Positions 12,860-27,015 of a DNA stretch of 64,000 bases are shown here, one piece after another. The stretch lies in NCBI RefSeq assembly GCF_009914755.1, contig NC_060947.1; one strand, written 5' to 3'. Below the pieces are notes generated by a model. That model searched no databases. It saw only the letters and a program-made list of their open reading frames with translations, and was not told the origin of the DNA. Source of the stretch: the human T2T-CHM13v2.0 reference genome, Homo sapiens. Position 1 is the stretch's first letter. Every line of letters begins with the position of its first letter. Both the position numbers and the translations under genes were made by a program.

Positions 12860-13000
12860 AGTTTGATCTTAAGGAAGTCATTAACCTTGTAAGTCCCAGT
12901 TTTGTCATCTGTAAACTAGGATGGGGTTACTTGCTCTGACCATGCCTCCGGCTTGTCCTGAAGTGTCAAAATCAAGCAATTGCTCGGAAAATTGTAAAAC
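12860..13000 (+). mobile_element. MIR fragment
   Basis: aagtcattaacctt...cagttttgtcatctgtaaa core. Confidence 0.55.
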
Positions 13001-13129
13001 AGGATCCTAATATGCTTATGAACAAAAAGTTCTACATGTTGGATTTGTTATTTTTCCTTGGATCCTGTATTTACATTCATGAACCAAGGGATTCATGGAA
13101 AAATTTAACTCTGTTAGCTAACCACCAAG

Positions 13130-13640
13130 AGGTCGTTTGCTCTTAGATCCATTCTCTACCCATTTCCTACTCCACTCAGTATTGAGATGTACTAACTCCC
13201 ATAGGAGGTCAGAATTTCCTGGGATTTCTTGCTAGCTGGCTTCTAACTAGGTTAAGTCATGAGACACACTAGTGGGAGACAGAAGAGCATGAGAAAGGGT
13301 GAAACAAGATAATTATCCCCCTTCTCTCTCTGTCTTGGCAGTATCTCCTTTGTCTCCGTTTCCCACTGGACGGCTGCTCCCTCTGTAATTCCATTACCTG
13401 CTGTGCAGACCTTACATTGGGTGAATTAGCACCCGATGGTTCTGGTTTCTGGGCTTTGGTAAAACTTGTCGGTTCCCCAGCCCTTGAGGTGGTAATAGTT
13501 TCCTGAAGTTGCTAAACTCTGGGTTGCCTCACTGTCCTCTGTTGGGTTTGTCAGCTCCTTCATTCCTATGGAGGAGCCAGTCCTCTGTATTGAATTTCCT
13601 CTGTTTGAAATATCGAATGTGGTTTACAGACTAATTCCTG
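13130..13640 (+). mobile_element. LTR33-like ERVL solo LTR
   Basis: agatccattctctaccc...gctggcttct...ggtggtaatagtttcctg...ttcctctgtttgaaata. Confidence 0.65.
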
Positions 13641-14120
13641 ACAACACGAACTGAAAGAAATCTCACAGTAAATGATCCTACCTACAATTCCACAGGGGGA
13701 AATTTAATATATCAAACATACATTTCATGAAATATCAGACTTTACATCTTGCATCCTTCTCTCTAGTCTCAGAGGAAGAGGCGACTTTTCTGCTATTGGA
13801 AGTTGATTTCACCATCTGGGCACCCATCTATTCTGGGATCCTCCTCCACATACTCCCTCTCTCTTTGTGTGTTCCAACTTCTTGCCTCTCTGCGGGGACC
13901 TTCTCTAGAGACTTCAAACATGAGTGTCTCTCTCATCTTTAAACAACAACAACAACAATAATCTGCACTCTATCATTTTCTTTCCTTTCACAGTCACACT
14001 CTTTAGAAGGCAGATATTCACTCATTATCTCAACTTGACTACATTCGTGCCACTCTCCAATTCATGAAAATCAGGCTTCTGCCATCATCGTTCCACTAAA
14101 ACTATTCTGACAGAAGTCAC

Positions 14121-14538
14121 TATGGCAAATTGAATTACTGGCCCCAATTCTTTACCTCTCCCTGTATCCATGCCCTTTGCTAAGTAACTCTGAAATTCTT
14201 CCTACGAAAGACAGCATGCCCTTGACATTGAGCTTGGTCATGCGCCTTGCTTTGCCTAATCCCAGTGGGATATTACTAGAAGTAACACAAGCAGAGGCTT
14301 GAAATGTATTTATGCAGTGTGGCTATCCCTTTTGCACTTCACCATTACCTTAAGACAAACATGCTCTGGACTAGCCTACTCATCTCAGGAGGAGAATGAG
14401 TGACATATGGAGCAGAGCGACCCCAATCAACCTGCAACATGAAGAAGTGCCACCCCACCCAAGCTGAAAATTCATGAAAGGCAATATGGGCTTATTGCTA
14501 TATGCCACTCACATTTGTGAAAATAGTTAACTGATTCA
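14121..14538 (+). mobile_element. MLT1H/I-like MaLR LTR nested in an L2 (about 13740-15150)
   Basis: ggccccaattcttt...ccctgtatccatgcccttt...gcagaggcttgaaatg...aatagttaactgattca. Confidence 0.7.
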
Positions 14539-15174
14539 GTTACCAAAAGCCAATGCCTATGGAAAGATTTAAGTTCTTATTTACTTGATTTATTTGCAGC
14601 AACTGGTGCTGCTGACTATTCTCTTCTCGAAGTTCTCTGCTTTCTTGGCTTCCACTCTTTTGGTCGCCTCTGTATTCTCTGAGTGTTCAAGCTTTTTTTT
14701 TTTTTTTTTTGCCTGTCCTTTAAATATTAATGTTCTCCAAAATTCTGTCTCTGGATCAATCTGATATGTTGGTCCTCAACTGGAGCAGGAGGCAGGGAAC
14801 ATACTCCCTGGGTAGTTGTATCATAAGTTTTTTTTTTTTTTTTTTTAACTTTTATCCAAATCTTCTACTTCCATTGACACTACCTTAATTTACGTCCCTA
14901 TCATCTCTTGCTCAGGTACTAAAATAATCTTTTTTATTGGCTCCCTCCCTCCACTCTCAAACCACCCTTCCACCTACATACAACTGCGTAAATGATCTTT
15001 TTGTAATGCAAATAGAACCTCATTTCTCCTCTGTGTAAAACCTTTCAATGGTTTGCTATTACCTGCAAGACAAAGTCCTAACCTCTCTCTTTGGATTACA
15101 AGGCCCTCGAATATATGACCCCTACCTACATATTCACTTTCATCTTTTGATATCTTCTTCCTTTTTGAGCAATT

Positions 15175-15300
15175 CCATAATTGTCCACATGAGAATATAA
15201 ATGCTCTGAAAGGTTAAGTGACTTGTTCAAGGTGACATAGCTAGTCAGTGAAAGAGTCATCATAAAAATGCAGGTTTCTGGACTCTCAATTCAGGTTTCA
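15175..15300 (-). mobile_element. MIR fragment
   Basis: aggttaagtgacttgttcaaggtgacatagctagt. Confidence 0.7.
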
Positions 15301-16342
15301 TTTCAATTCAGTTAAAGAAGTTATGCATCCATATAAAGAAATTTAAGGAAAAGGACTGGGTTTATTTTAACTGAGCTTTGAAGAATATAAAACAATCTTG
15401 ATGATTATAGCATGACTGGAAAATTATTATGTATAATAAAGTAAGGCATTTCTGAAAAAAAGACAGCAGAAAAATACATAGTTTATTTTTGAAAATCACT
15501 AAACAATTTGGTCCCAAGAATGAATTAATGTTCTATAAATCCTTATTGGGAAAAGAGAAGCACAATTTCTTCCCTCCTTGTGTGAATTAAAACGACCTAT
15601 AAAACCTCTTTATGGATTTATAATAGAAATGTTAAAATAGCTGTAAGAAAGCCATTTCAAAAGTAAAGCCTCTCACCATTAACTTCAAGACTCATCTATT
15701 AAACCTCTGACATTACCAAACAACTCTGTTTCAGAAGGTAACACTCTATACAGGGCATACTATTTAAGAAAATGGCCCTCATTTTCCGGCTTACTGAAAA
15801 TGATTAATCTTTACAATAGCTTTGAAGACTACATACCAACGTCGTTACTTTTCTGTCCTTTCAACAATGACTACAAGCTGAGAGCAGACTAGTAAATGTG
15901 TTATCGGCCAACCCATTAGAGTTCCATTATTTTCTGTCTTACATGGCTTCATGTAATGAATTTTTATAATTAAACTAATGGCATACAATATATTTTTCCC
16001 CTCTTTACTTTCAGGCCCCATTTCTCTTCCAGCTGCTTTGGAATAAGTTTCATACAAAAAGAAGGGAGGAGAGGTCTCCAAGTGCTTCGTTACCTTAATT
16101 TCATTATGACATTTTTGAAAGCATTCTCTTTATCTGGGCTCTCTCTTTAATTTGCTGACTTTATTAAAAGGCTTAAGCAATACTGTAATTAACAAATCAC
16201 CCAGCTACCCCAGGCATCTGAGAAAAGTCAGTTGAGAGGGTGTAGAAATGGATGGGTGGAAACGATTCCAGAAACAATGCCAGAGGACAGAACCCCAGAA
16301 AATGGCGTTTTTTCAGCTCCTTTTCAGACCCCATGAGCATAT

Positions 16343-16680
16343 TGTGGTAGACTGCATTATTGTTCTCAAATATCCAGTGCCTTTTCACGCCAGAAGATTA
16401 TACATCGGCATTCCCATTGAACTCAGGAATGGCCATGTGACTGGTTTTGTCTACTGGTCACTTCCAGGCAGAAGGCTCAAGAACCATGTTCCTTGCCTCT
16501 ATGATCATGAAAGAATGTACCAAGATGGAGATACCATCAGCCATGGTCCCCGAGTGACTAAGCTAAGTAGAATGCTCTCATCAGTCTACAACGAACATGT
16601 AACATGAGTAAAATATAGACTATTAAGCCTCTAGATTTGAGGTTGCTTATTACTGTAGCTTAGCCTATGCTGACTGACAT
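16343..16680 (+). mobile_element. MLT1J-like MaLR LTR
   Basis: TGtggtagactgcattattg...ggccatgtgact...gtcacttccaggcagaag...ttactgtagcttagcctatgctgactga. Confidence 0.7.
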
Positions 16681-17661
16681 ACCTATTCAGATATGACCTT
16701 ATTTCACATAGAGTAGGGCAATTCTAATACCTCCAGACAGTCCTGGACCAGGACCAGGGCTAGAATAAACTAGTATAATGACACATAAAGAACAGGTTCT
16801 CTTATTAATAAATAGGAAGCCACATAAATGTTGAGGAAATGTTTAGAACAACAATATCCCTGTTTTTCTGAACTACAGGTAACATCTCAGAATATATTCT
16901 ATAGGACAGAACCTGCCTATCTTGACCATAAAAGAAAATAGCTCCCTATCCATTGTGTGATGGAGGCTCCCATCTAGGTAGCAGTTATGTTCCACAGACA
17001 TGGCTATTTTTTCATTTCTATAGCTGGCAAGCAGCTTCATGAAAGAGAAAAATGGAGACTATGTTTCTAAAACTGTGTTCATAAAACTTGAAAAAATAAG
17101 AAAAGATCTGTAGTCAATGACATGCAGATATACTTTTTAACATACCATAAAATTCTCCCACTTAAAGTGCATAATTTTCTGGTTCTTAATGTATTCAGGG
17201 TTGTGCAACCATTATTATGATCTAATTTGAGAACATTTTATTTGCCCCCAATGAAACCCATACCAATTAACAGTCCCTTTCTATTGTCTATTCTCCTCCT
17301 CCTTCAGTCTTTACTGGATGTTTTATATGAATGTATTGATACAATTTGGGGTCTTTTGTGACTGGATTCCATCACTTAGCATATTTTTGAGGTTCACTCA
17401 TGTTACAGTGCATATCAGTATTTCATTTCTTTTTATTGCTAAATAATATTCCATTTTTGGATGTAGAGGACATTTTAAAATTTATTCATTAGCTGATGGA
17501 CATTTGGGTTGGTTCTACTTTTTGGCTATTATAAATAATGCTGCTATGAACATCTGTATAAAGGTTTTCTGTGTACATATGTATTTTTATTTCTGTTCAG
17601 CATACACCTGGGAGTAGAATGGTTTTGTCATATGGTAGCTTCATGTTTAATATTTCCAGGA

Positions 17662-17990
17662 GACTGGGAAGGGTAGTGGTAGGGGGAAAGGGGGGGATGG
17701 CTAATGGGTAGTGAAATTTATAATACAAAAATATAGTTTGATAGAATGAATAAGATCTAGTATTTGATAGCACAAGAGGATGACTACAGTCAAAAAATTT
17801 ATTGTGAATTTAAAAATAACTGATTATTATTAGATTGTCGTTTGTAACAGAAAAGATAATTGCTTGAGGTGAGGGATAGGCCAGGTACCCCAATGTGACT
17901 GTTACACATTGTATGCCTATATCAAAATATTTCCTGTATCCCATAAATATATATACCTACTGTGTACCCACAAAAATTAAAAATTAAAAA
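17662..17990 (+). mobile_element. L1MA2/3-like 3'UTR fragment inserted in the L1MB
   Basis: gaatgaataagatctagtatttgatagcac...tatacctactgtgtacccacaaaaatt; 13-bp TSD AATATTTCCAGGA at 17649-17661 and 17991-18003. Confidence 0.85.
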
Positions 17991-18579
17991 AATATTTCCA
18001 GGAACTTCCAAACTGTTTTCAAAGTTGTTTCACCATTTTACATTTCCACCAGTAATGTGAAAATTCCAAGCATTCTTCATCTTCTCAACACTTGTTATTG
18101 TCTGTATTTTTTGTATTAGCCATCCTAGTGGGTAAAAAGTACTATCTCCTTGTGGTTTTCATTTGCATTTTTTAAACAATCAATGATGTTAACCATCTTT
18201 TCATGTGCTTATGGAGATCTATACATCTACTTTGGAGAAATGCCTATTCAAACTGTTTCTTCACTTGTAATTAAGTCATTTATCCTTTTTGTTGTTGAAT
18301 TATGAGTTTTTATATATTCTTGATACAAGTATCTTATCAAATATATGATTTACAAATATTTTTACCCATTCTGAGGATTGTCTTTTCCCTTTCTTTACAA
18401 TATTGCTTGCAGTACAAAAGTTTTAATTTTGTTAAAGTCCAAATTGTGTATTTTTCGGTTACTTTTGCTTTTGGTGTCATATCTAAGAAAACACTGCATA
18501 ATCCATTGTATTCCTACATTTTCTTAGAAGAGTTTTAAAGTTTTAGTTCTTATTAATATATTTAGCTCTATGATTCATT

Positions 18580-19627
18580 AAAAATATATTATTATTATAA
18601 AGTTTATTTTACAAAAGTTTTAAAACATTTTATTTTTAATTTTATTTTGCTTTGACAAATAATTATATACATTTATGGGGTACATGTATGTTCTGATATA
18701 TGTATACACTGTGGAATGATTATATCGAGCAATTTAACGTATCTATCACTGCATATATTTATCATATTTTATAGCAAGAACATTTAAAATCTGTTATTTT
18801 AGCAATTTTGAAATATACAATATAATATTATTAACTATGGTCACCAGGTTGTGTCATAAAGTCTCAAAAACTTATTCCTCCTGACTAAAGTTTTTAACCC
18901 CTTTTGATCAACATCTCCCCATTTTCCACCCCTAAATCCACAGCCTCTGGTAACCACCATTCTACTCTCTACTTCAATGAGTTTGACTTTTTTAGATTCC
19001 ACACATAAGTGAGATCACGCAGTATTTGACTTTCTGTGCCTGGCTTATTTCATTTAGTATAATGTCCTCCAGGTTCATCCACGCTGTCATAAACAAAAGG
19101 ATATTCTTTATTTAAGGCTGAATAATACTCCATTGTGTATATGTACCACATTTTCTTTATCCATTCATCCACTGATGGAAACTTAGGTTGATTCCATATC
19201 ATGGCTTTTGTGACTAATGCTGCAATAAACACAGGAGTGAAGATATCTCTTTGACATACTGGTTTAAATTCTTTTGGATATATACCCGGAAGTGGGATTG
19301 CTGGATCCTATGGTAATTCTGTTTTCAGTTTTTTGAGGAGCTACCATACTGTTCTCCATAATGGTTGTACTAATATACATTCCCACCAATGATATACAAG
19401 TGTTACCTTTTTTCCATATCCTTGATCAACACTTGTTATCATTCTTCTCTTTTTATAACAGCCATTCTAACAGGTGTAAGGTGACATCTCACTGCGATTG
19501 TAATATGCATTTCCCCAATGATTAGTGATGTTGAGCATTTTTCACAAACCCGTTAGCTATTTGTACATCTTCTTTTGAGAAATGTTTAAGTGTTTTGCCC
19601 ATTTTAATCAGATTATTTGTTTTCTTT
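18580..19627 (-). mobile_element. L1MA6-8-like 3' fragment nested in the L1MB
   Basis: Antisense 3'UTR plus ORF2 C-terminal remnant (ORF 19050..19232 WIKKMWYIYTMEYY); possible TSD TATGAT(T/A)CATT at 18569 and 19628. Confidence 0.75.
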
Positions 19628-20624
19628 TATGATACATTTAAGCTAATTTTTGTGTATGGTGTGAGGTGGGGCCAAATTTCATTATTTTTCATGTGTATAT
19701 CCAGTTATTCTAGCACCAGGTTGTGAAAGACTATTCTTTTTCCATTGAATTCTCTTGGTACCCTTGTCAAAAATCAGTTGACCATAAATGCAAAGGTTTA
19801 CTTTTGAACTTTCAATTCTATTTCATTGATCTATATGTCTATTCACATTCTAGTACCACATTGACTTAATAATTGTAGCTTTGTAGTAGTTTTTGAAATT
19901 GGAAAGTTAACTCCTCCAATGTTGTTCTTTTTTCAAGGTTGTTTTGACTATTCTACATCCCTTGCATTTCAATAGAAATGGTAGGATCCACTTGTCAATT
20001 TCTGAAAAAAAAAAAAAAGCCAGTTGTGATTTTGATAATGATTCCATAGAGTCTGTAGATCAATTGGGGGGATATTGATATCTTAATAATATTAAGTCTT
20101 TTGATCTGAGAACATGTGATATTTTTCTATTTTTTTATCTTTAATTTCTTTCAACACTGCTTTGTATTCTTCAGTATACAAGCCTTGCATCTCTTTTATT
20201 CCTAAGTTTTTAACATTTTTTGATGCCATTGTAAATATTTTCTTAATTTCACTTTTAGATTATTCATTTTTAATGTATAAAATAATTCATTTTGTATATT
20301 GATCTTGTATCCTACAAATTTGCTGAATTATTTTATTATTTCTAATATTTTTTCATAGATTCTTCAAAATTTTCTAATTACAAGGTCATGTTGTCTGCAA
20401 GTAGAGATAATTTTACTTATTCCTTTCTAATCTGGATGTCTTTTATTTATTTTTCTTGCCTAATTTCCCTGGCCTGAACTTCCAGTACAATACTGAATAG
20501 AAGTGGTGAGACCAGGCATCCTTCACTATTTCCTGATCTTAGGGGAAAGCATTCAGTGTTTCACAATAACATTAGCTGTGGAATTTTTGTAGCTGCCTTT
20601 TATCAGGTTGAGGAAATCCTCTTC

Positions 20625-21071
20625 TGTATTCGTTTCCTCGGGCTTCTGTAATTAAGTGTCACAATTTGCGTAGCTGGGTAGACAAAACTCATTGTCTCAG
20701 ACTTCTGGAGGCTAGATCCAAAATCAAGATTCCAGCAGGCCCATACTCCTGCTGAAACCTGTAGGGGAGAATTTTTCCTTGCCTCTTCCTTGCTTCTAAT
20801 GATGGCCGTTAATCATTAGTTTTACTTGTCTTGCAACTGTAGCACTTTAATCTCTAACTGTAACATCACATGGTGTTTTTCCCGTGGTCAGTGCCTTTAT
20901 GTGGCATTCTTCTCTCTGTGTATGCCTCTTTTCCTCTTCTTATAAAAATACCATCTTAACTTGACTGCATCTGCAAAGACTCTATTTCTACATAAGGTCA
21001 CATTTGCAGATACCTGGGCTCAGGCTTTTAGTATGTCTTTTGGGAGCGGGGGACACTATTCAATCCACAAA
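20625..21071 (-). mobile_element. MLT1C-like MaLR LTR
   Basis: TGtattcgtttcct...ttctggaggctag...gcatctgcaaagactctatttc...gacactattcaa. Confidence 0.8.
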
Positions 21072-21077
21072 ACCTTC

Positions 21078-21374
21078 TTTTTTTTTTTTTTTTTAGACGG
21101 AGTCTCGCTCTTTCGCCCAGGCCGGACTGCAGTGCTGCTGTCTCGGCTCACTGCAAACTCTGCCTCCAGGGTTCGCGCCATTCTCCTGCCTCAGCCTCCT
21201 GAGTAGCTGGGACTACAGGCGCCCGCCACCGTGCCCAGCTAATTTTTTGTATTTTTAGCAGAGACGGGGTTTTACCGTGTTAGCCAGGATGGTCTCAATC
21301 TCCTGACCTCGTGATCCAACTGCCTCGGCCTCCCAAAGTGCTGGGATTACAGGCGTGAGCCACCACACCTGGCC
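21078..21374 (-). mobile_element. AluY-type SINE (Yk-like diagnostics)
   Basis: CpG-rich; gctctttcgcccaggccggactgcagtg; ccgtgttagccaggatggtctc; TSD AA(A/T)ACCTTCT. Confidence 0.93.
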
Positions 21375-23494
21375 AATACCTTCTATTCTTCATTTGTTAA
21401 GTGTTCTTTATTTTTCAAGCTTGAAAGGGTTTTGTACTTTGTCACATGAATTTTCTATATTTATTGTGATGACCATACGATTTTTGTCCTTTATTCTATT
21501 GATATGGTATAATACATTGATTAAATTTTGGATGTTAAACCAACCTTACATTCCTGTGATAAATCTTACCTGGTTATGGTAGCAATCATGTTAATATGTT
21601 GTTGTATTAGGTTTGATAATTTTTTGAGGCGTTTCAAGTCTATATTCATAAGGCATATTGCTCTGTAGCTTGTTTTCTTGTGATATCTTTGTCTGGTTAG
21701 GAAGTGTTCCTTTCTCTTCTATTTTTTGGAAGAGTTGTTTATATGTTTGGTAGAATTCATCGGGGGAAGACTTCTGGGCCTGAGCCTTTCATTGGGAGAA
21801 GTTTTTAATACCAATTCAATTTCTTGTTATAGGTCTATCCAGGTTATCTATTTGTTTAGTTGTTCATAATATCCTCTTTTACTTCTTTTTATTTCTGTAA
21901 TGTTGGTAGTAATGCACCCTCTTTTTCTCTAATATTAGTAATTTGACCATTTCTTTCCTAACCAATCAGCTAAAACTTTGTCAATTTTGTTGACCTTTTC
22001 AAATAACTAAATTTCTAGATTTTGGTTTTGTTGATTTTTTCTATTATATTTTCTTCCTCTATCTGATTTTTTTCACACTAATTGTTATTACTTCCTGCTG
22101 CTTACTGTAGATTTACTTTTCTCTTCTTTTTCTAGTTTCTTAAGGTAGAAGCTTAGGCTACTGATTTCAGATCTTTTTCCTTTTTAAATATAGGTATTTA
22201 TAGTTATACATTTTACTCTAAGCACTGCTTCAGCCTCCTCCCATAAGTTTTGGTATATTGTATTTTTATTTCCATTTATCTCAAGATATTTTTGTATTTT
22301 CTTATTTCTTCTTTGTCCCATTGGCTATTTAAGAGTGTGTTGTATAATTTTCTCATATTTATGAACTCCCAAATTTACATCTGTTACTGATTTTTAATTT
22401 TACTCCATTATGGTCATAAAATCTGCATTGTATGATTTTAATCCCTTTGAATGTAGTGAGACTTATTTTATGACCTAGCATATGGCCTACCCTAGAGAAT
22501 ATTTCGTGTACAGTTGAAAAGAATGAGTATTCTGCTATTATTGGATGAAACGCTGTATAGATATCTGTTAGGTCTTGTAAGTTTATAGTCTTTATAGTCT
22601 TTTTCAAGTGTCTATTTCCTTGTTAATTTGCCTAGTTCTTTTACCTGTTATTAAAAGTGAGATGTTGAAGTCTCCAACTATTTTTGTTGAATTACCTAAT
22701 TCTTCTTTCAGTTCAGTCAGTTTTTGCTTTCTGTATTTCCTTAATATTTTTTCTTTCTTTTCTTTGGATTGGATTATCCCATTTACCTATTTTCAAGTTT
22801 GCTGATTCTTTCTTTTGCAGCTTGAATCTGACGTCAAGTGAAAATTTAATTTTAGTTATTGTGCTTTCCAACTCCAGATATTCCACTGAGTTCTTATTTA
22901 CAATTTCTATCTCTTTATTGATACTCTCTATTTGTTAAGACAAGCACATGGGCTTCTAGATCCCGCAAGAACATGTCAGAGGTTGCCAAAATCCCCTATG
23001 GACACCTCATTCTCCAGAGCTTCACTGGAAGTTTTTCTCCAGACCTATGTTTATCTCAACTAGCATCACAGCCTTAGGAACCTGTTATGTTAAAGAATTG
23101 CTGCTAATTGGTTTGGACCAACACCCTGGAGCTAGGGCTTTTCCTAGAAAGTTATCTCTAAGTCGGGCCAAATAAAGGCAAGGCCATGTATATAGGTTTA
23201 TTCCAGGGAGCTGCAAGATAGGTCAAACAGTGGCAAGGTTCTTGGAATAAAATTGGCCTTTTTGAAGAATTCCAATCCTGGTCTACACTCTCTGGTGGCT
23301 AAAAGGCTGCTAGTTTTCACAGCTATTATGGTTGCAAGGCTACTGATTTTCAAGGCTACTGTGGAGCTGGGAGAAAGTGACGGGAAAGGCCAACTTAAAA
23401 AACCTCAAACTTTGCCATTTTTATTGAGAGTCAGCATTTCAAAAATTGTTGCCAGCCTTTGGTTAATTCCCAGGGTTCAGAAAAGGCGATGTGG

Positions 23495-23808
23495 GGCCAG
23501 GCATGTTGGCTCACGCCTGTATCCCAGCACTTTGGGAGGCTGAAGTGGGCGGAACACTCGAGGTCAGGAGTTTGAGACCAGCCTGGCCAACATAGTGAAA
23601 CCCTGTCTCTACTAAAAACACGAGAAATAGTTGGGCGTGGTGGAATGTGCCTGTAGTTCCATCTACTTGGGATGCTGAGAGACTCACTTGATCACAGGAG
23701 GTGGAGGTTGCACTAAGCCAAGATCATGCCACTGCACTCCAGCCTGGGTGACAGAGTGAGACTCCATCTCAAAAAAAGGAAAAAAAGAAAGAAAAGAAAA
23801 AAGAAAAG
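23495..23808 (+). mobile_element. AluS-type SINE
   Basis: Full dimer with GA-rich tail. Confidence 0.92.
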
Positions 23809-25469
23809 ATGATTTCGAAAATTTTTTGAGGAGCAGATTTACACAGTTACCACATTATATTTTCAAGCACGGGATAAGTTAAATTGTGAAAAGCAAACTA
23901 GAGAAAATATGGTACAATCAAAGCATAAAGTTATTCAAGGCTTGGTGACTCTGCATTAAATATTTATATAATATAATAGTTACCTGGGGAAACTAGCCCA
24001 TTACTACCTGTGTTCTATCAGCAATGTAGAGAGCACTCTGTTTGTATGCTTTGAGAACTTTAAGAGTTTCATGCATACTTTAGAAGGAAAAGTACTATTG
24101 GGTTATTGATCTTTTCTCTTTAATCACATAGAAGCTTTAGGGGAGAACAAAAGGGAATAAAGAAAATACATGAAGAAATGGTAGGTCCTGGCAAGAAGAT
24201 TTCTAATAATGCTTTTCATTATTGTACCAGAAACCCAAACCTCAAACTACTAGTGTGGGTCAATTTGCTGATTTAATTTTGTACAACTCCAAAAAATACA
24301 CAAAATATATAAAAGAAAAATTCAGTTTCCACTACCGTACATATTTTTATGGTGGATGAGATATATGATGCCATCGATCCTTCCACAGATAACTAAAAAT
24401 GTAAGGCACTACTTCCATATTTGAAAAATGTCTCCCTTTTTAGTAAAATAATTTGAGACACTCAAATAGCTGCCTTAGTTACTACATACAATAAGTTCAA
24501 CTTTTAAAATTAATTATGTGATTATAGAATGTCTGTGTTTCAAGTTTCCTAAAGAATGCCTTCAAAAACACAGAGATTTTGCAGCCTTAGAAATGTTTAT
24601 TCAATAATTTGAAAAGTATTGAATTTCTTGCTTCAGATAGTTTTCAATATTATATAGCCAAATCAGCCAGGCTCAAACAAGATTTCACTTCTCTATTGAA
24701 TTCATGTACTCTTAGCTCAGCCAAGCACAAAACAGCTAATGCTGTCACGTTTGAAAAGCTTTTATGCTGAATTTGACACAAAAGCAATCACAAAGCCGAC
24801 AAAAAGGGGATTTCTCTTTCAAAAACTGACAGGGGAAAAAATAAATGAAAACTCGGAGCCTGGGAAAATCTCTCTTGACACTGGAAAAGAAAGTTTAAAA
24901 CGATCAAGAAATAATTTTTCCAAAGAATCCATTGCCAAGTTTGGACCAATCTTAAAAGCCTAGGGAACAGGTTATGAACTCAACCAAGAATCCGCCAAAT
25001 GAAATAAATCCTATGATGATCACTGTTGGCAGTTTTAGGTGCCAATGGCATACTATTTTTGCCTCTTGTGAAAGTTCTAAATGGCATCATCTCTCATAGG
25101 ATTCTGTCATAGCCTATTGGCAAAGATTTTGATTAGAATGAAAATCTTGTATGTTTTTGCCTAACATCTGTCTTTCTATCTCAAAAGAACTTTATTGTTG
25201 TACCAGGCCCATAGAGAAGATAAAATTAAACCATGAAGCCATGTGGCTAACAAAATTAACTACTTTCTAACTTCATGTTTTTGTTTTAGAAAAAATTAAG
25301 GGTGAAAGAAAACAATTACCAATATGTTATGGCCGTCTCTTGATGGCCTGCTAATTAATTGTTGATACTCTATGCCATCTGCATTCTGTTTTTTCACCAA
25401 ATCAAGACTCTCCTGTTGCTGTTTCTTTCCACTCTGACCACGCTTTCAAGATAAGCTTTTTCCACATGA

Positions 25470-25823
<354 letters not shown>

Positions 25824-26829
25824 TCACCATTCTTTTTTTCTAAATAAAAGGAGGAGTTTTTTCTAAATGTCAGACCAGCAAGGACATAAAGATGGAAATT
25901 AATGAAATAATATAAAGAAGTTAAAATAATTATTAAAAGATGTTTAACAACATTGATAAATATTTATGCAATATTAAGTTTACAAATCAGAATTTAAAAT
26001 TTAATTTACATTATGTAGACAATTAAAATATATGTAGATAAGAACTAGAAGAGACTGTCAATAAAGATTAGCAATTATGAATCATTAATTGCTTTTTGGT
26101 ATCAAGCATTTTTGGTAATTTTCTTTTTACGTTCAGGTATGGTGACTGGCTCAAATTTTAAGAGTTATAACAGTGTTGGTGGTTGGGTTTGAAACATTTC
26201 ATTGTTGCTCAGTAGTGAGAGTTAGTGTAGTCATCACTGAGGTGCTGCAAAGGAGGCTGGCTGCTGTAATCACAGCTCTCCAAGGCTGTAGACATAGCTT
26301 TGTGATTGCCTTGTGAGGCTCACAGGCTCTCTTGTTAATCTTAGGCACACAGACTCAGAAAGAACTTACGGAGCAAGGGGGTGTTGCTTTAGCCATTTAA
26401 TGTCTCCTCCTGTCTATTTTCACACTTTTTTCCTAAAAGAAAATTTTAAGTAATAAGCCAGCTAATATCACTTAGTAGTGATGACACATTCGATGTAAAG
26501 ACCAGATAACCATTTTATTTGCTCCCTACCTTTTAGAAGAATTAAACATTGTCGTTTCATTAAAAATGAAATGCAGTTTGCAATTATTGTTTTATTTTTT
26601 CATCAAAGAATATAATATGAAATTTTTTTTCGCAGTATACTATTTCATTGCTTTCATTTTCTACCTGTTGGTTTATCAGTAATGTAATATAATCTTATTT
26701 GTCAATTAATAATTACATGAGTCTTTTTCAGATTCTTATGGGGTTTTCTTGCTTTGTTTTAGCCACGTAGACAATTGGAAGAGGAAGCCTGTGAGGTCAT
26801 CTACAAGAGTAATTGCTATGCATTCGCAT

Positions 26830-27015
26830 CACAACTCTACTACTTTCAAAAGAAGATTCTGAACTTCTCTAGCCTTCAGTTTTCTTCTCTGCAAACTAAG
26901 AATAATAAGAGTACTTTTCAAAGAGTGTTTTTGAAAGGATGAAATAAACCAATATATATAAAGTGACTAGCATACTTTTTGACACACAGCAAGCATTCAC
27001 TAAAAGTTATTATTA
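26830..27015 (+). mobile_element. MIR
   Basis: cttcagttttcttctctgcaaa...ataataagagtac...tgacacacagcaagcattca. Confidence 0.65.

Larger units (their letters stand above)
17130..23490 (-). mobile_element. Old L1MB-like LINE, same sense as DMD, fragmented by four nested insertions
   Basis: 3' end (cataccataaaattc...gttgtgcaaccat) at 17140; degenerate ORF2 endonuclease remnant in ORF 22359..22607; 5'-like part to about 23490 is less certain. Confidence 0.8.

Noticed and set aside
16248-16607. 119-aa plus-strand ORF
   Set aside because: Mostly within an MLT1J-like LTR and resembles no protein I recognise
21563-21572. Strong minus-strand donor CAG|GTAAGA as a recursive splice site
   Set aside because: No pyrimidine tract before the AG; isolated donor-like motifs are common in large introns
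24739-24963. 74-aa Lys-rich ORF outside repeats
   Set aside because: No recognisable homology or splice support; length expected by chance
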